A program made the translations under genes and the position numbers. Shown here one piece after another: positions 1-10,064 of a DNA stretch of 64,000 bases; the stretch's first letter is position 1, and each line of letters opens with the position of its first letter. The stretch is taken from IMG/VR virus record IMGVR_UViG_3300017613_001373; one strand, written 5' to 3'. The DNA comes from an uncultured virus (IMG/VR IMGVR_UViG_3300017613_001373) (taxonomy: Duplodnaviria > Heunggongvirae > Uroviricota > Caudoviricetes). A model generated the notes under the pieces. The model made no database searches and had not been told where the DNA came from. It worked only from the letters and a program-made list of their open reading frames with translations.

Positions 1-2
1 GT

Positions 3-254
3 GTGATTGCATTAAAGTATACCCCTATTGGGGAAAAGGGTCATACGCAATCAATTTTATCAGGTGTGCAAATCCCCATTACAGGATTACGAAAAAGCCT
101 GTTAGGGTTGTTGAATGATATAAAGAAACTAAACAAAAACGGCTATACTATTCTTGCCACACATGATCCAACCATACAATCTATCAGTGTTTTTGATTTG
201 AAACCTAACATAACAGTAAATAAATTGACAAAGGTTAACCATAAAGGAATATAA
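3..254 (+). CDS. hypothetical protein, possibly 5'-truncated, upstream of the head genes
   Basis: ORF at window edge; ends just before the SD (AAAGGA) of the next gene. Confidence 0.5.
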   Translation: MIALKYTPIGEKGHTQSILSGVQIPITGLRKSLLGLLNDIKKLNKNGYTILATHDPTIQSISVFDLKPNITVNKLTKVNHKGI

Positions 255-260
255 ATAAAT

Positions 261-1340
261 ATGAAAGAACAAAACAGTTTTTTAAACGATATTTTAAGCA
301 TGTTTCGACCGTCACCTAAACCCACTGAGGGTTTTACTGTGACAAAAGATCTCAATGGTGAATATAGATGGGTTGGAATTTCAACTAATCGTTATTTGGA
401 CCGTGAAGGTGAAATCTTGTCAGACAATGCTCATAAATATTTTGAAAAATATCTTGATGAGCATCCAGACCACAAAGTTGAGCTTCAATTGTGGCATGAA
501 CCATTAACAGCAATGAGTAAACCAGCAGATGGTTATGGATATGATGCTGAAAGTGGTTTCTTCATTTTCACAGGTGTTTTAACAGAAGATGAAGCGAAAT
601 CATTAGATGGCATTAAAGATGCTCGAATGTCACATGGTTTTTATGTGCTGGAAAAAGATGAACACATTATTACGAAGTATATTAGTCATGAGGTTTCTGT
701 ATTACCGGGGAAATATGTAGCAAATCCGTACACAGAATTCACATCAGAATATTATTTACAATACGATAATCTAAAGGAGGATGAAAGTATGTTGTTCGAT
801 AACCCCGCAAAACGGGAATTTTTCGTGGAACGTTTGGGTGAAGATCGCGTTACCCAAATGGAAAATGATACAAAGGCAAAAAGTGAGGCATTGCAAGCAA
901 TCCACACTGAATTTAAAGAATTAGAACAGGAGTTCTTAGACAATATGGACGAACAAAAAGCGAAGGATGTAGCAGAAGCGGCTATTCCAATGGTGAAAGA
1001 AACAGTCAAAGAAGTAATTGAAGCAATTGACCTAGAAGGGTTGAACGCCACAATTGTAGCCTTGACTGAAAAAGCCGAAGAAAATGCTGGCTTGGTAGCA
1101 AAGGTTGATGAACTTACTAAAATGGTTGAGTTCTTAAAATCAACAGAAGATGACAAACTGGAAAAAGCGTTGACACCAGATGAACCCTTTAGTTGGGCAT
1201 GGTCAGCAACGAAATCCGAAGACAATATTGTTGAAACGGAAGATCTTCCAGAAGAAGCTAAGAAAGAAGTGAGTGATGTCGATCCAGAATTTGCTTGGAT
1301 GAAAGGCATGACGAACCCATTGGCAAACGGAGGTGCATAA
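261..1340 (+). CDS. prohead protease-scaffold fusion
   Basis: N-terminal HK97-type protease-like motifs (DREGE, LWH, MSHGF, HEVSVLP, ANPYT); acidic helical C-terminal half; directly upstream of the capsid gene. Confidence 0.8.
   Translation: MKEQNSFLNDILSMFRPSPKPTEGFTVTKDLNGEYRWVGISTNRYLDREGEILSDNAHKYFEKYLDEHPDHKVELQLWHEPLTAMSKPADGYGYDAESGFFIFTGVLTEDEAKSLDGIKDARMSHGFYVLEKDEHIITKYISHEVSVLPGKYVANPYTEFTSEYYLQYDNLKEDESMLFDNPAKREFFVERLGEDRVTQMENDTKAKSEALQAIHTEFKELEQEFLDNMDEQKAKDVAEAAIPMVKETVKEVIEAIDLEGLNATIVALTEKAEENAGLVAKVDELTKMVEFLKSTEDDKLEKALTPDEPFSWAWSATKSEDNIVETEDLPEEAKKEVSDVDPEFAWMKGMTNPLANGGA
789..1340 (+). CDS. nested in-frame scaffolding protein (internal start)
   Basis: AAGGAGG at 774-780, 8 nt before in-frame ATG 789 at the protease/coiled-coil boundary. 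Confidence 0.6.
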   Translation: MLFDNPAKREFFVERLGEDRVTQMENDTKAKSEALQAIHTEFKELEQEFLDNMDEQKAKDVAEAAIPMVKETVKEVIEAIDLEGLNATIVALTEKAEENAGLVAKVDELTKMVEFLKSTEDDKLEKALTPDEPFSWAWSATKSEDNIVETEDLPEEAKKEVSDVDPEFAWMKGMTNPLANGGA

Positions 1341-1341
1341 G

Positions 1342-2715
1342 ATGGATATGCTGACAAAATTTAATGCGTTTTTAGAAGCGCAACAGGTGAAAGCGCAAGT
1401 TGATCCTAATGTTCATGGTCCAAATGGTCTGTTTGGTGCTGTAGGCGGGGAACGTGAGGTTGTTAACACAATGCTAACCCCCAACGGTTTAGCGAGTGTT
1501 CTACCCGCTGTAGGAACAACCACAATGTACCCCTTGTACCCGTATGTTTCTGGTGCTACGGATGCTGGCGCACAGGTAGCAGGTAGCTGTAATGATGCTC
1601 CTGCCGCTGGTAACTTGTTAAGTGCTTATCAAACAGCACAGTTTGGTGTCACACAGTTCCGTACTCGTGAATTGGACATTACAACTGTTGGACAAACCGT
1701 TAATCCCGGTGAAGCTCTTGACCTTCGTATTGCTGATTCTGCCTTAGCTTTAGCTATTGGACAAATCTGGTTAAACATCCCGAACAAAAGTCAAGCAATG
1801 GCATATGGACGTGAAATCCTTGCTCGTTTTGCTGATGTTGGTCGTGCTTTCCAACAATATACAAGTCGTCAAACCTACGTTGGTTCCGGCGCAGGTGTTG
1901 AATTCTTAGGGCTTGAAGGAATCGTTAAAGTTAATCATTTAGATGCACATACTGGTGCGGCTGTGACTTCCCTTGATTCTGATGTTCGTGACTTTGGTGA
2001 TGTTGACATTCTGACACAGGCTGGTGGAGCATCTATTGTTGCAACTGTCATGGATATGTACCGTAACTTGAAGAATAACAGCACTCGGATGGGATTTGGT
2101 GCTACATCGTTTGTTGCTGTAATGCGTCCTCAAATGTTCACTGACCTGACTGATGTGTGGCCTTGCCAAATGGCTACCTATCGCTGTGACTCCCCCAATG
2201 CTTCAACAAGTATTAACATCCAAACGGATCAAAATCTTGTTGCCGCTCAAGAGATGAGAGCGGGAAAATTCTTGTGGGTTGATGGCGACAAACTTCCAGT
2301 TATCGTTGATGACTTCTTGGCTGAGACTGCTTTGGTAACAGTCCCAGTGGTTTACACAAGTGATATTTACATCTTACCGATGAAAACTGGTGATGGTCGC
2401 ACACGCTTGTATTGGGAATATTTTGACTATGACGCTGGAATGAATACCGCTATCTCTGATGGTAACTTAGGTAATCATTTCTCAACTGATCGTGGCATTT
2501 ACGCCGCTGTTCAAAACCCAGTAGCAAACTGGTGTTTGACATATCAGTTCAAAAATCAATTACGCTTACGTTTAGAAACACCTCAATTGGCTGGTCGAAT
2601 CTTCGATGTTGGAGCTTCACACGCTAGTCTATATCGTAGTTCTAACGCAAGTGACGCAGGATATATCTCAAGTGGTGCGGCTGGAGTAACACCACCTAGC
2701 TATACACAACCCTAA
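1342..2715 (+). CDS. major capsid protein
   Basis: 457 aa after protease/scaffold; GGAGG SD at 1329-1333; EFLGLEGIV motif; followed by a strong terminator. Confidence 0.8.
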   Translation: MDMLTKFNAFLEAQQVKAQVDPNVHGPNGLFGAVGGEREVVNTMLTPNGLASVLPAVGTTTMYPLYPYVSGATDAGAQVAGSCNDAPAAGNLLSAYQTAQFGVTQFRTRELDITTVGQTVNPGEALDLRIADSALALAIGQIWLNIPNKSQAMAYGREILARFADVGRAFQQYTSRQTYVGSGAGVEFLGLEGIVKVNHLDAHTGAAVTSLDSDVRDFGDVDILTQAGGASIVATVMDMYRNLKNNSTRMGFGATSFVAVMRPQMFTDLTDVWPCQMATYRCDSPNASTSINIQTDQNLVAAQEMRAGKFLWVDGDKLPVIVDDFLAETALVTVPVVYTSDIYILPMKTGDGRTRLYWEYFDYDAGMNTAISDGNLGNHFSTDRGIYAAVQNPVANWCLTYQFKNQLRLRLETPQLAGRIFDVGASHASLYRSSNASDAGYISSGAAGVTPPSYTQP

Positions 2716-2739
2716 TCAATAAGTAACTGATTAAAATAG

Positions 2740-2780
2740 AAAAAAAAAAAGGATTATCATTATGATAATCCTTTTTTTTT
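2740..2780 (+). terminator. intrinsic terminator, bidirectional
   Basis: A-tract, GGATTATCAT-T-ATGATAATCC, T-tract. Confidence 0.85.
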
Positions 2781-2803
2781 CACATTAGTCTATAATAATA
2801 TCT

Positions 2804-2905
2804 ATGAATGAACCAGAAGAGAAACTAGAAGAAGAAGAAATTGAAGTTCATATCGGTGATGGAGTTCCACCACCAATTTACATACAACCTTGGAGAACGA
2901 TATGA
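2804..2905 (+). CDS. small acidic protein, 33 aa, probably leaderless
   Basis: TATAAT 2791-2796 is 7 nt before ATG; TGA overlaps the next ATG (ATGA). Confidence 0.5.
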   Translation: MNEPEEKLEEEEIEVHIGDGVPPPIYIQPWRTI

Positions 2906-3081
2906 CAGATAGAGTAATAGGCGGTTCAGCTATACCAGTCCATGTTATCAACGGGAGTGGTGATACAGCGAGTAGACCAGCAACCCCAACAATAGGACAG
3001 ACTTACTTTGATACCACACTTGGTATACCAGTTTGGTATGATGGTACAAACTGGATTAATGCAATGGGTACAATTGTGTAG
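2902..3081 (+). CDS. small head-fibre/decoration-like protein
   Basis: GGAGA SD; GxTAxRP..GQxYFDTTLGxPVWYDGTNW motif typical of phage fibre modules. Confidence 0.6.
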   Translation: MTDRVIGGSAIPVHVINGSGDTASRPATPTIGQTYFDTTLGIPVWYDGTNWINAMGTIV

Positions 3082-3083
3082 TG

Positions 3084-3542
3084 TTAACGCAATGTTTCCA
3101 TAACAGCTAGACTATCAGCGATGTGTTCTTGTTTTGCTTTGGTTTTAGGCCAATTCAATTCGGGATATTTTCGCATTCCCCATTCTATGATTTCATCCTT
3201 TGTTGCATTTTTCCCAACAATATTTTTAACCTGATTTGGAGAAACAGTTGTAAGATTTTCCAACCCCGCTAGGATACCGATAATTACGCCACTAGCCATT
3301 GCCGCACGGGAACTTTGTGATCCTGTTGGAAGTTCTGCGATGATAATATCTTTATCTTGTATAAAATTTTGCAATCCTTTGTGTATTTTCCTAGATGCAC
3401 GAAGGTCATCTAACCCGACTTTACCCTTACCTTTTTTTGTTTGTATAATGTCAAGATTATATGGAATTGGTATGCCGTCAACCAGATTGAATTCTACAAT
3501 CCCAATGTTTCTAAATGCTGGATCTAATGCTAAACCCCTCAT
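3084..3542 (-). CDS. RuvC-like Holliday junction resolvase
   Basis: LALDP, IAE and HIADS acidic catalytic motifs. Confidence 0.85.
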   Translation of the reverse strand: MRGLALDPAFRNIGIVEFNLVDGIPIPYNLDIIQTKKGKGKVGLDDLRASRKIHKGLQNFIQDKDIIIAELPTGSQSSRAAMASGVIIGILAGLENLTTVSPNQVKNIVGKNATKDEIIEWGMRKYPELNWPKTKAKQEHIADSLAVMETLR

Positions 3543-4102
3543 ATAGCACCACCCACATGATAATTATACATATCAATATACAATTCATTACCAAGTTGAA
3601 TATCCTCTAATGTCACACCTAATTTTACAATTTTACCACCGATCATAATTCCTACTGGGACTGTGATTTCTGGATTTATATCATCCTCTTTCCAAGGTGA
3701 TGCTGATAACAATGTATCTACTAATCTATTGTAAAAGTGGGTAGTAAGCAAATGACACGCTGATAAATAATCAATCAGTGTGCCATTTTTGTGTTTGTAC
3801 TTATATAGGTCTTGTAGTGCTAAGTTCACCATTGCACTAGCGAATTCTGTCAACGGTGAACGAAATTTATTAATGGGAACATATTCTTCATTTGTTTGCC
3901 CATTTGCTTTTCGTACTGGTAATCCTTTATTACGAAAAGCATTTGTCAATTGACTTCGAGATACACTTATACCATATTCTTCTTGTATCCATACAGTTGT
4001 CTTATCCAACGATTTAATCTCGTTGATATACTTGTGATTAATTTTTTCTAGGTCATTTGCGCCTAGAGCATCATTCCATTTCATATAGTGTAAAATATAC
4101 AC
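3539..4102 (-). CDS. hypothetical protein, possible N-terminal HTH
   Basis: WIQEEYGISVSRSQL is HTH-like; coupled to the resolvase gene. Confidence 0.5.
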   Translation of the reverse strand: MYILHYMKWNDALGANDLEKINHKYINEIKSLDKTTVWIQEEYGISVSRSQLTNAFRNKGLPVRKANGQTNEEYVPINKFRSPLTEFASAMVNLALQDLYKYKHKNGTLIDYLSACHLLTTHFYNRLVDTLLSASPWKEDDINPEITVPVGIMIGGKIVKLGVTLEDIQLGNELYIDMYNYHVGGAI

Positions 4103-4118
4103 TATATGTCAATGTTTG

Positions 4119-5420
4119 TCAAAACTGGGCTACTTTGGGCATATCTGTATAACTACCATTTGATGGATTCCACATTAGTTCAAACATGCCAACACCAATA
4201 TTACGACCTTTTGCGACATTAATTTCTGTTATATTCCCTCGTTCAGATTCGGGATTATAAACGCTATCACGATAAAGCAACCAGATATTATCAGCACTTT
4301 GCTCCACATAACTTGACTCTTTTAGGTCGCTTTTCAAGGGGCGCTTATCTTGTCGGTTCGCAAAACTACGATTTAATTGTGCCGCTAGTAAAATATGCAT
4401 ACCAGTAGACTTACCTAGTTCAGCAAGAGCTTGTGATGCTAACCCAATTGCCAATGTCCGATCTTTGGCATATTTCTCATACTGAATCAATTGCAAGTAA
4501 TCAACAGTGAATAATTTAGCACCGTTCATCGCCATTTTACGACCAATTGCTAAAATGCGCTCAAGTGATGTGTTTGATGTACCATAAATATTCCATAAGT
4601 CACGATGATCTTTCATTCGTTTTACAGCATTGAAATAATCATGTGTCATAGTTGGACTATTGTGATACTCCCCTTTACGGATTTGGGTCATGTCTAAAGA
4701 AGAATATCGCGCAATCTGTCTTTGTACGATTTGTTCTTCATCCATTTCTAAAATAACACTACCGACTTTATTACCATTATCAAGTGCATACGAGATCATG
4801 TCAGACAATATAGCAGTTTTACCAACACTGGTATCTGCCGCAATAACGGTCATGTCTTTTCGGAACAGTCCACCAAACCGTTCATTAAATTCAGAAAATG
4901 GCGTTTCAATTAACCGTGAGGACATCGGCATATCTTTTTCTGCCTCAGACTTTGCAACGGTAGCATCTAATAACGCATCAAATGATGAATCAATTAGATC
5001 AACATCACCATTGAAATCAATATTAGACAGCTTTGTTTCAATTTCAAGGGGTGCAGATGTTGGATCGGATATTGAATCTGCCATTTCTTGGATTTCTAAA
5101 CCAAGTTCTTTAAGCGAGTTACGGATTGCTTCATCACGAACGGTTTTGACATGTAGTGGTATATTTTTCTCTTCATATTTGAAGTTGAAAAACCGTTGAA
5201 CGTATTTTGTATCCAATCCTGAATACTTACTAATTAACAGCGGTGTCGGTACAGATAACTCGTCTATACATTGTTGAAACGCTACGTAAATGGCTTGTGT
5301 TTGTGTTTTCCCTTCATCACTATTAAACTCTTTTGGATCTAGCGTTATCTCAGAATGTAGTTCTGGATATTTTAACAGGTGTGCAACGATGGCAATCTGT
5401 TCTTGGATTGTATTAATCAT
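4119..5420 (-). CDS. dnaB: DnaB-like replicative helicase
   Basis: AADTSVGKT Walker A, VDYLQL, AQLNR, DLKESS.EQSAD, KGRN. Confidence 0.93.
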   Translation of the reverse strand: MINTIQEQIAIVAHLLKYPELHSEITLDPKEFNSDEGKTQTQAIYVAFQQCIDELSVPTPLLISKYSGLDTKYVQRFFNFKYEEKNIPLHVKTVRDEAIRNSLKELGLEIQEMADSISDPTSAPLEIETKLSNIDFNGDVDLIDSSFDALLDATVAKSEAEKDMPMSSRLIETPFSEFNERFGGLFRKDMTVIAADTSVGKTAILSDMISYALDNGNKVGSVILEMDEEQIVQRQIARYSSLDMTQIRKGEYHNSPTMTHDYFNAVKRMKDHRDLWNIYGTSNTSLERILAIGRKMAMNGAKLFTVDYLQLIQYEKYAKDRTLAIGLASQALAELGKSTGMHILLAAQLNRSFANRQDKRPLKSDLKESSYVEQSADNIWLLYRDSVYNPESERGNITEINVAKGRNIGVGMFELMWNPSNGSYTDMPKVAQF

Positions 5421-5859
5421 TAATTAGTTCTCCCATATACTCAGCAAAGTATTTGTCATACGCTCTTTTAAATGTCGCTCTATCGGCCATCAATGTCTTT
5501 GACGCTCCTAAGTATTTCCAACCTCCCACAGCATTGATAGCTTTTTTGGTAATAGGATTCAAAGTGTCTGGCATACTTGGATATGCACCAAATTTTGCAG
5601 ACAGTTCTCCCCATGCAGTTTCAGCATCAGTAATGCCTAATGCTTTAGCTTTTTCAACTTGTACTAAGCCAATTAGAGTAGACCAATCAAAAAAGGGTGT
5701 ATTAGGCATCATGAAATACCGATTAAGAGCTTTGAGTGATGATTCTCCATGTTGTTCTAAAATGGTCAATAAGGTACGCATTGTATCCATGTTCAACTCG
5801 TGTTTCTTTGTATTCAACACAAGTTTAAATTGTTTCTTTATTGCTGAATCGTCTGTCAT
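5413..5859 (-). CDS. replicative helicase loader/inhibitor-like protein (G39P/DUF6475-like)
   Basis: AxxAW...AINAVGGWxxL...DRAxFxxAY pattern; overlaps the dnaB start. Confidence 0.6.
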   Translation of the reverse strand: MTDDSAIKKQFKLVLNTKKHELNMDTMRTLLTILEQHGESSLKALNRYFMMPNTPFFDWSTLIGLVQVEKAKALGITDAETAWGELSAKFGAYPSMPDTLNPITKKAINAVGGWKYLGASKTLMADRATFKRAYDKYFAEYMGELIND

Positions 5860-6032
5860 TGTATTTATAATCTCCTTATATGTTTAATTACTGAGAATGA
5901 GTATATCCTATCTAAATATTTTGTAAATAAGATATTAGTACTATAGAAAACGACCATCCCAAATGTAGAATGATCGTCTTTTCGTTTCTATAAATTTTTC
6001 GTTTCTATAAATTGTAAAATTTTACAATTTGA

Positions 6033-6374
6033 TTACCCTTCTTTATTTAATGTTTGCCAACCTTTCCCTGACGCTACAAAGTCTTTTAAAATCCGTACCG
6101 CACGATCTCGATAAACAGTACTGTTTGCAGACTCCTTACCCTCATTCAACAATGTCTGTACTGAAATTGCCTCATTCTTAACAGTTGTCCCGACAAGAAA
6201 TTGAAGGAAGCGCAATGCGCCTTCTTCTAAATGTACACGAGGTACGATGTAATTCAATGCTTCCGTAAAATCATCAAATGTTTGTAACACTTTATGATCA
6301 GGGTATGTCCCAACAACTTGCTGATATACCCCTTTATTATTAAAAATACGATAATTAACGGTTGTCACCATCAC
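6033..6374 (-). CDS. hypothetical protein
   Basis: GGAGG SD; co-oriented in operon. Confidence 0.65.
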   Translation of the reverse strand: MMVTTVNYRIFNNKGVYQQVVGTYPDHKVLQTFDDFTEALNYIVPRVHLEEGALRFLQFLVGTTVKNEAISVQTLLNEGKESANSTVYRDRAVRILKDFVASGKGWQTLNKEG

Positions 6375-6885
6375 CTCCTAAGACATTCCGATCCTGACGA
6401 TCAGAAAGTTTTGCTAAATTCATTTCTAAAATATCTTGTAATTCAAACCCGTATCCGTTTACTAATGCACCGAACACTGCGAAAAATTGAACAAGAAATA
6501 ACCGCGCCCTTACTAATTGTTGTGCAGACCCATCACGTTCAAACTTCTTCAAACGACCCATCACATTGCTTAATAATAAATACCCTCGTTTTACAAGATC
6601 ATCAGCATGTTCATATTGGACATACATATCAGCAGATTCCATAATTAATTCACTAAACGAATAACCCATTTCCTGAGATAGAGCATTGGCTTCCCAATAT
6701 CCATCGCCGAACTCCATTTGAAGGTCATGTTCACTAAATGGTGGAGTAAAGCCCCAGATCTTCTCTGCGATTTCCCCCCACTCGTCCACCAATGCCTTAG
6801 ATGGATATGATAAATTACCCCCCACATTCGGATAAATTGCTGTGTTCATAGCCTGTTGACTATATTGCTGTAAAAATTGTTCCAT
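6355..6885 (-). CDS. MazG-like nucleotide pyrophosphohydrolase
   Basis: TAIYP, DEWGEIAEK, EFGD, NLAKLSDRQDR...GDGDNR. Confidence 0.85.
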   Translation of the reverse strand: MEQFLQQYSQQAMNTAIYPNVGGNLSYPSKALVDEWGEIAEKIWGFTPPFSEHDLQMEFGDGYWEANALSQEMGYSFSELIMESADMYVQYEHADDLVKRGYLLLSNVMGRLKKFERDGSAQQLVRARLFLVQFFAVFGALVNGYGFELQDILEMNLAKLSDRQDRNVLGGDGDNR

Positions 6886-6943
6886 GTGTCTCTCCTTAAT
6901 TATTATAAATACCTTTCTATTGTATATTCATTATCCGTTCTTG

Positions 6944-9151
6944 TCAAAATAAGAGTGGATTCTTGGGTTCGATTTTATCAATAATTTTGTAGACCTCATC
7001 AATGTAAAAGTTAAAATCAATCGGGTAATCTTTCGGATTCTCTGAACCAACGTCATTCATTAGTTGAACACGTTGTCCTGCTAAGATACTAGAGTCACTG
7101 CCACCAAGTTTATGAACTTTTACAAGTGAATAACCATCATGTGTAACGACAATCACACGGTTGGTTTTTTGTAGTTTAATTTCCTCATTTTCACCATTCG
7201 TATCAATCCCTCTCAGAACAGGTTGAAACTTATTAGTGTCTGATTTTTGTGATACCATAAAGTCATACACACTGTCGTGATTATAGATTGTTTCCGCTAC
7301 TGGTATATTTTTAACATAATATTGATATAATGCGATTGGGACTATTGGATGTTTAAACCCTTTAGAGAAATTTGGAATCGAACGATAGTTGTCAATACTT
7401 GCATCTTCTGGTTTTATACCATTAATATGATCGCTATATCCAGCTAAGTCATAAAAGTCATTCTCTCCTGTCCATGATTTGTTTGTGAACAATCCTGCAA
7501 AAACCCCTTTCAGTTTTACTTTGTCACCATATGGACTCTGGATTACAGCAATGTAATTATTCACATCACGAATGATCATCTTCCTGTATAGTGTTGCATC
7601 CAATTCGATCTCGAAATGAGTCTCTAATTTTTCACGCATTACTTCTAAATCATCCATACGTGTTCTTAATACTTTTAGATTTACACCATCTGTATTTGCG
7701 CCTGTCACTTCAAACCCGTTTTGTCCTGCTGTTTCAGCAACCATCAATAAAGATAATTGTCCACTTACTGTAACTGAAACCATTGCTTTTGGGTCATATA
7801 ACCAGAAATACTCGCTGTTTAGCAATCCAAAAATCGAATTAATGGCGATTTTAAGTGCCTGTGCTAACAATGCCGCATTCTTGTCAGTTTTTCCTTCCTT
7901 TTTCTTAGCAAGACGTGTTTCAATAATTTGTACCAATACATCCAAGATTTCAGGTAAATGTTCTGGTAAAAAATGATTGTTAGCCATTAGCATTGGATAG
8001 TACGATCCGAAGTCCAACTCAAGGTGCTGATACGAATCATCACTCTCAAGAACCTCTGGTGGTGAATCACTATGCAATCCACCAATACCCATTTTATATA
8101 AAATCCCGTCATAATCTAGTTTAAAAAGATACTTGCCTGTACTATATTCTTTGACAAGTATTCGCTCCAATGCTGGTTCTGGCGCATCTATATATTTAGG
8201 TAGCTTGTAATTATTCCGAGCCGATTTTTCACCATCAATCTTCAATCCCGTTGTTCCAAATAATGTAAAGCCCTCGTTCTCATCATCATCCATTACCTCA
8301 TAAGGTGCGTCTTCTGCATTTTTATATAAGGTAATGGTTTTCATATGGCGCAAAAGTGCTTGTAATTCAGGTGTTTCAAAGGTGACTTTTTCACTAATGC
8401 ATTCTCCTAACCATATTGTATTACGAGGTGATGAGCGATGTTTAATATCATCTAACGGAATACCTGTTAGTTTTGGAACAAGGTTTTCAAGGATACTTTT
8501 TGCCATTTTAGTATCATTGGCAGTGGTAACATCTGTTCCAAACTCTTTAGTAACAAATTCACGAAGATCAAATACTGGTCGAAGAATTCTGGTCAGCTTT
8601 TCTTGGATTCTCACATCGTTGATATTATAATCTGTCAATAATTCAACCTGATCTGGTTGAATTAATTCACTAGGGTGAATAGGTAAATCTTGAAGACGAT
8701 TATGGTGAAGATGTACACCAGCATGTTTCAATGACGTAACCATTCTATTAACACGGGTTACTGCCATTGTATCCAATGACATACCCCAGATAAGTTTCTT
8801 CGGCCACATCAATTCATAATAATCTGGGATATTATCTTTACGATCCTCACGGGGGGTTTCGATAATTAATTTTGTCAAACGCCCCAGATGTTCGGCTGTA
8901 ATATTCTCATATTTCAAAATTGCTAATAATAGTGCGCGATCATAAAATAAATTATTATGCCCGTTTAATCGCTTATTCTTGTCGTTCAAGAATTCTCTTA
9001 ATTGGGGTAAATCATTACGCTCACCATACACAATAAATATTCTTATGTCAGTTGGATCATCGAGTCGCCATGCTACAAATGAGAAGAAATTTATGTAACT
9101 CTCAATATCATAAACCCAATCTATCATTTTGTTATAATCAATCACATTCAT
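6944..9151 (-). CDS. family B DNA polymerase with 3'-5' exonuclease
   Basis: YDIE, NNLFYD, YNINDV exonuclease motifs; DFGSYYP, KIAINSIFG, NTDG polymerase motifs. Confidence 0.92.
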   Translation of the reverse strand: MNVIDYNKMIDWVYDIESYINFFSFVAWRLDDPTDIRIFIVYGERNDLPQLREFLNDKNKRLNGHNNLFYDRALLLAILKYENITAEHLGRLTKLIIETPREDRKDNIPDYYELMWPKKLIWGMSLDTMAVTRVNRMVTSLKHAGVHLHHNRLQDLPIHPSELIQPDQVELLTDYNINDVRIQEKLTRILRPVFDLREFVTKEFGTDVTTANDTKMAKSILENLVPKLTGIPLDDIKHRSSPRNTIWLGECISEKVTFETPELQALLRHMKTITLYKNAEDAPYEVMDDDENEGFTLFGTTGLKIDGEKSARNNYKLPKYIDAPEPALERILVKEYSTGKYLFKLDYDGILYKMGIGGLHSDSPPEVLESDDSYQHLELDFGSYYPMLMANNHFLPEHLPEILDVLVQIIETRLAKKKEGKTDKNAALLAQALKIAINSIFGLLNSEYFWLYDPKAMVSVTVSGQLSLLMVAETAGQNGFEVTGANTDGVNLKVLRTRMDDLEVMREKLETHFEIELDATLYRKMIIRDVNNYIAVIQSPYGDKVKLKGVFAGLFTNKSWTGENDFYDLAGYSDHINGIKPEDASIDNYRSIPNFSKGFKHPIVPIALYQYYVKNIPVAETIYNHDSVYDFMVSQKSDTNKFQPVLRGIDTNGENEEIKLQKTNRVIVVTHDGYSLVKVHKLGGSDSSILAGQRVQLMNDVGSENPKDYPIDFNFYIDEVYKIIDKIEPKNPLLF

Positions 9152-9163
9152 ATTTATACCTTA

Positions 9164-9898
9164 TTATAATTCGTCCAGATTTACTTTTCCAGCTTTCATA
9201 AACACTGTTTTTCTACCACCATCAACCCAACGATTGTAATTTTCCATAGTCAAATCGCTTGTAAACGGTTTCTTCACAGGTTGTCCATCAGATGATTTTG
9301 ATTTATACCAACTAGTTAAATAGGTTAGAAATGCCTTAAAATCATCTTCGGGTATATTCGCACCAACGAAGGGTTTAATCGCTGTACGCAAAGGATAAGC
9401 ACCATCAGAAACGAGATTTAGATAACGTTGTGACCACATGAAAATCTTAAATGTATCTTGCTCCGAAATATCCCCATTTAGGAATAGTTTAACTTGTCCT
9501 GCAAGTTGATGAACAGGAATATCTTTGAATTCTTTTTGAATACCGTATGCAATGGTATACTCAGGTTTGCGTTCCTTAACTTTTTTCTCTTTCGGTTTTG
9601 CAAGTTCTACTTCGGCTTTTTCCCACATATCGTAACAGGATTGATGAAACTTACTCCCATCCACATCATACGCTTTTCGCGTTACCAAACCCCGTTCTAC
9701 CATAGAATCAATAGCTTTGCCAATTGGGGTAATCGTTTTATATCCCATACGCTGTGCTACAATTTCCCAAGATTTTTTCCCACATCGAGGTTGTGCTTGA
9801 AGATGTCCAAGTAATATCAATTCCTTAACGCTGATAAAATTTTCGTAATGCGTAAATACATACATAGGGAACGATACGACTTCATGACCAATTAGCAT
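9164..9898 (-). CDS. DnaD-like winged-helix replication initiator
   Basis: N-terminal wHTH (ISVKELILL...VAQRMG...IDSMVERGLV); first gene of the replication block; AAGGAG SD. Confidence 0.6.
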   Translation of the reverse strand: MLIGHEVVSFPMYVFTHYENFISVKELILLGHLQAQPRCGKKSWEIVAQRMGYKTITPIGKAIDSMVERGLVTRKAYDVDGSKFHQSCYDMWEKAEVELAKPKEKKVKERKPEYTIAYGIQKEFKDIPVHQLAGQVKLFLNGDISEQDTFKIFMWSQRYLNLVSDGAYPLRTAIKPFVGANIPEDDFKAFLTYLTSWYKSKSSDGQPVKKPFTSDLTMENYNRWVDGGRKTVFMKAGKVNLDEL

Positions 9899-9953
9899 TT
9901 TTGACTCCTTTTTTGACAGTATCTATGAATGTGTTATCATATCTGTAATTCAT
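9882..9953 (-). CDS. putative 23-aa leader peptide overlapping the initiator start
   Basis: GAGAG SD then MNYRYDNTFIDTVKKGVKNANWS*; overlaps the initiator gene by 17 nt. Confidence 0.45.
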   Translation of the reverse strand: MNYRYDNTFIDTVKKGVKNANWS

Positions 9954-10010
9954 TTTTTATTTCTCTCAACCCAACCCCACCAAGACAATTTCTTGGTGGG
10001 GTTTTGTGTT
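9946..10010 (+). ncRNA. putative antisense (countertranscript) RNA
   Basis: TTGACA 9913-9918, TGn-TATCAT 9935-9940, 13-bp hairpin 9973-10003 with T-rich tail; no convincing ORF. Confidence 0.55.
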
Positions 10011-10064
10011 TAGTAATAAAACAAGTTTATCCGAATTTGAATATTTTTCAATGGGTAAATAGTA

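Noticed and set aside
752..1357. 201-aa minus-strand ORF and similar shadow ORFs (4690..5199, 5453..5887, 54546..54995 and others)
   Set aside because: Antisense to well-supported genes, with Ser/Phe-rich mirror composition and no SD.
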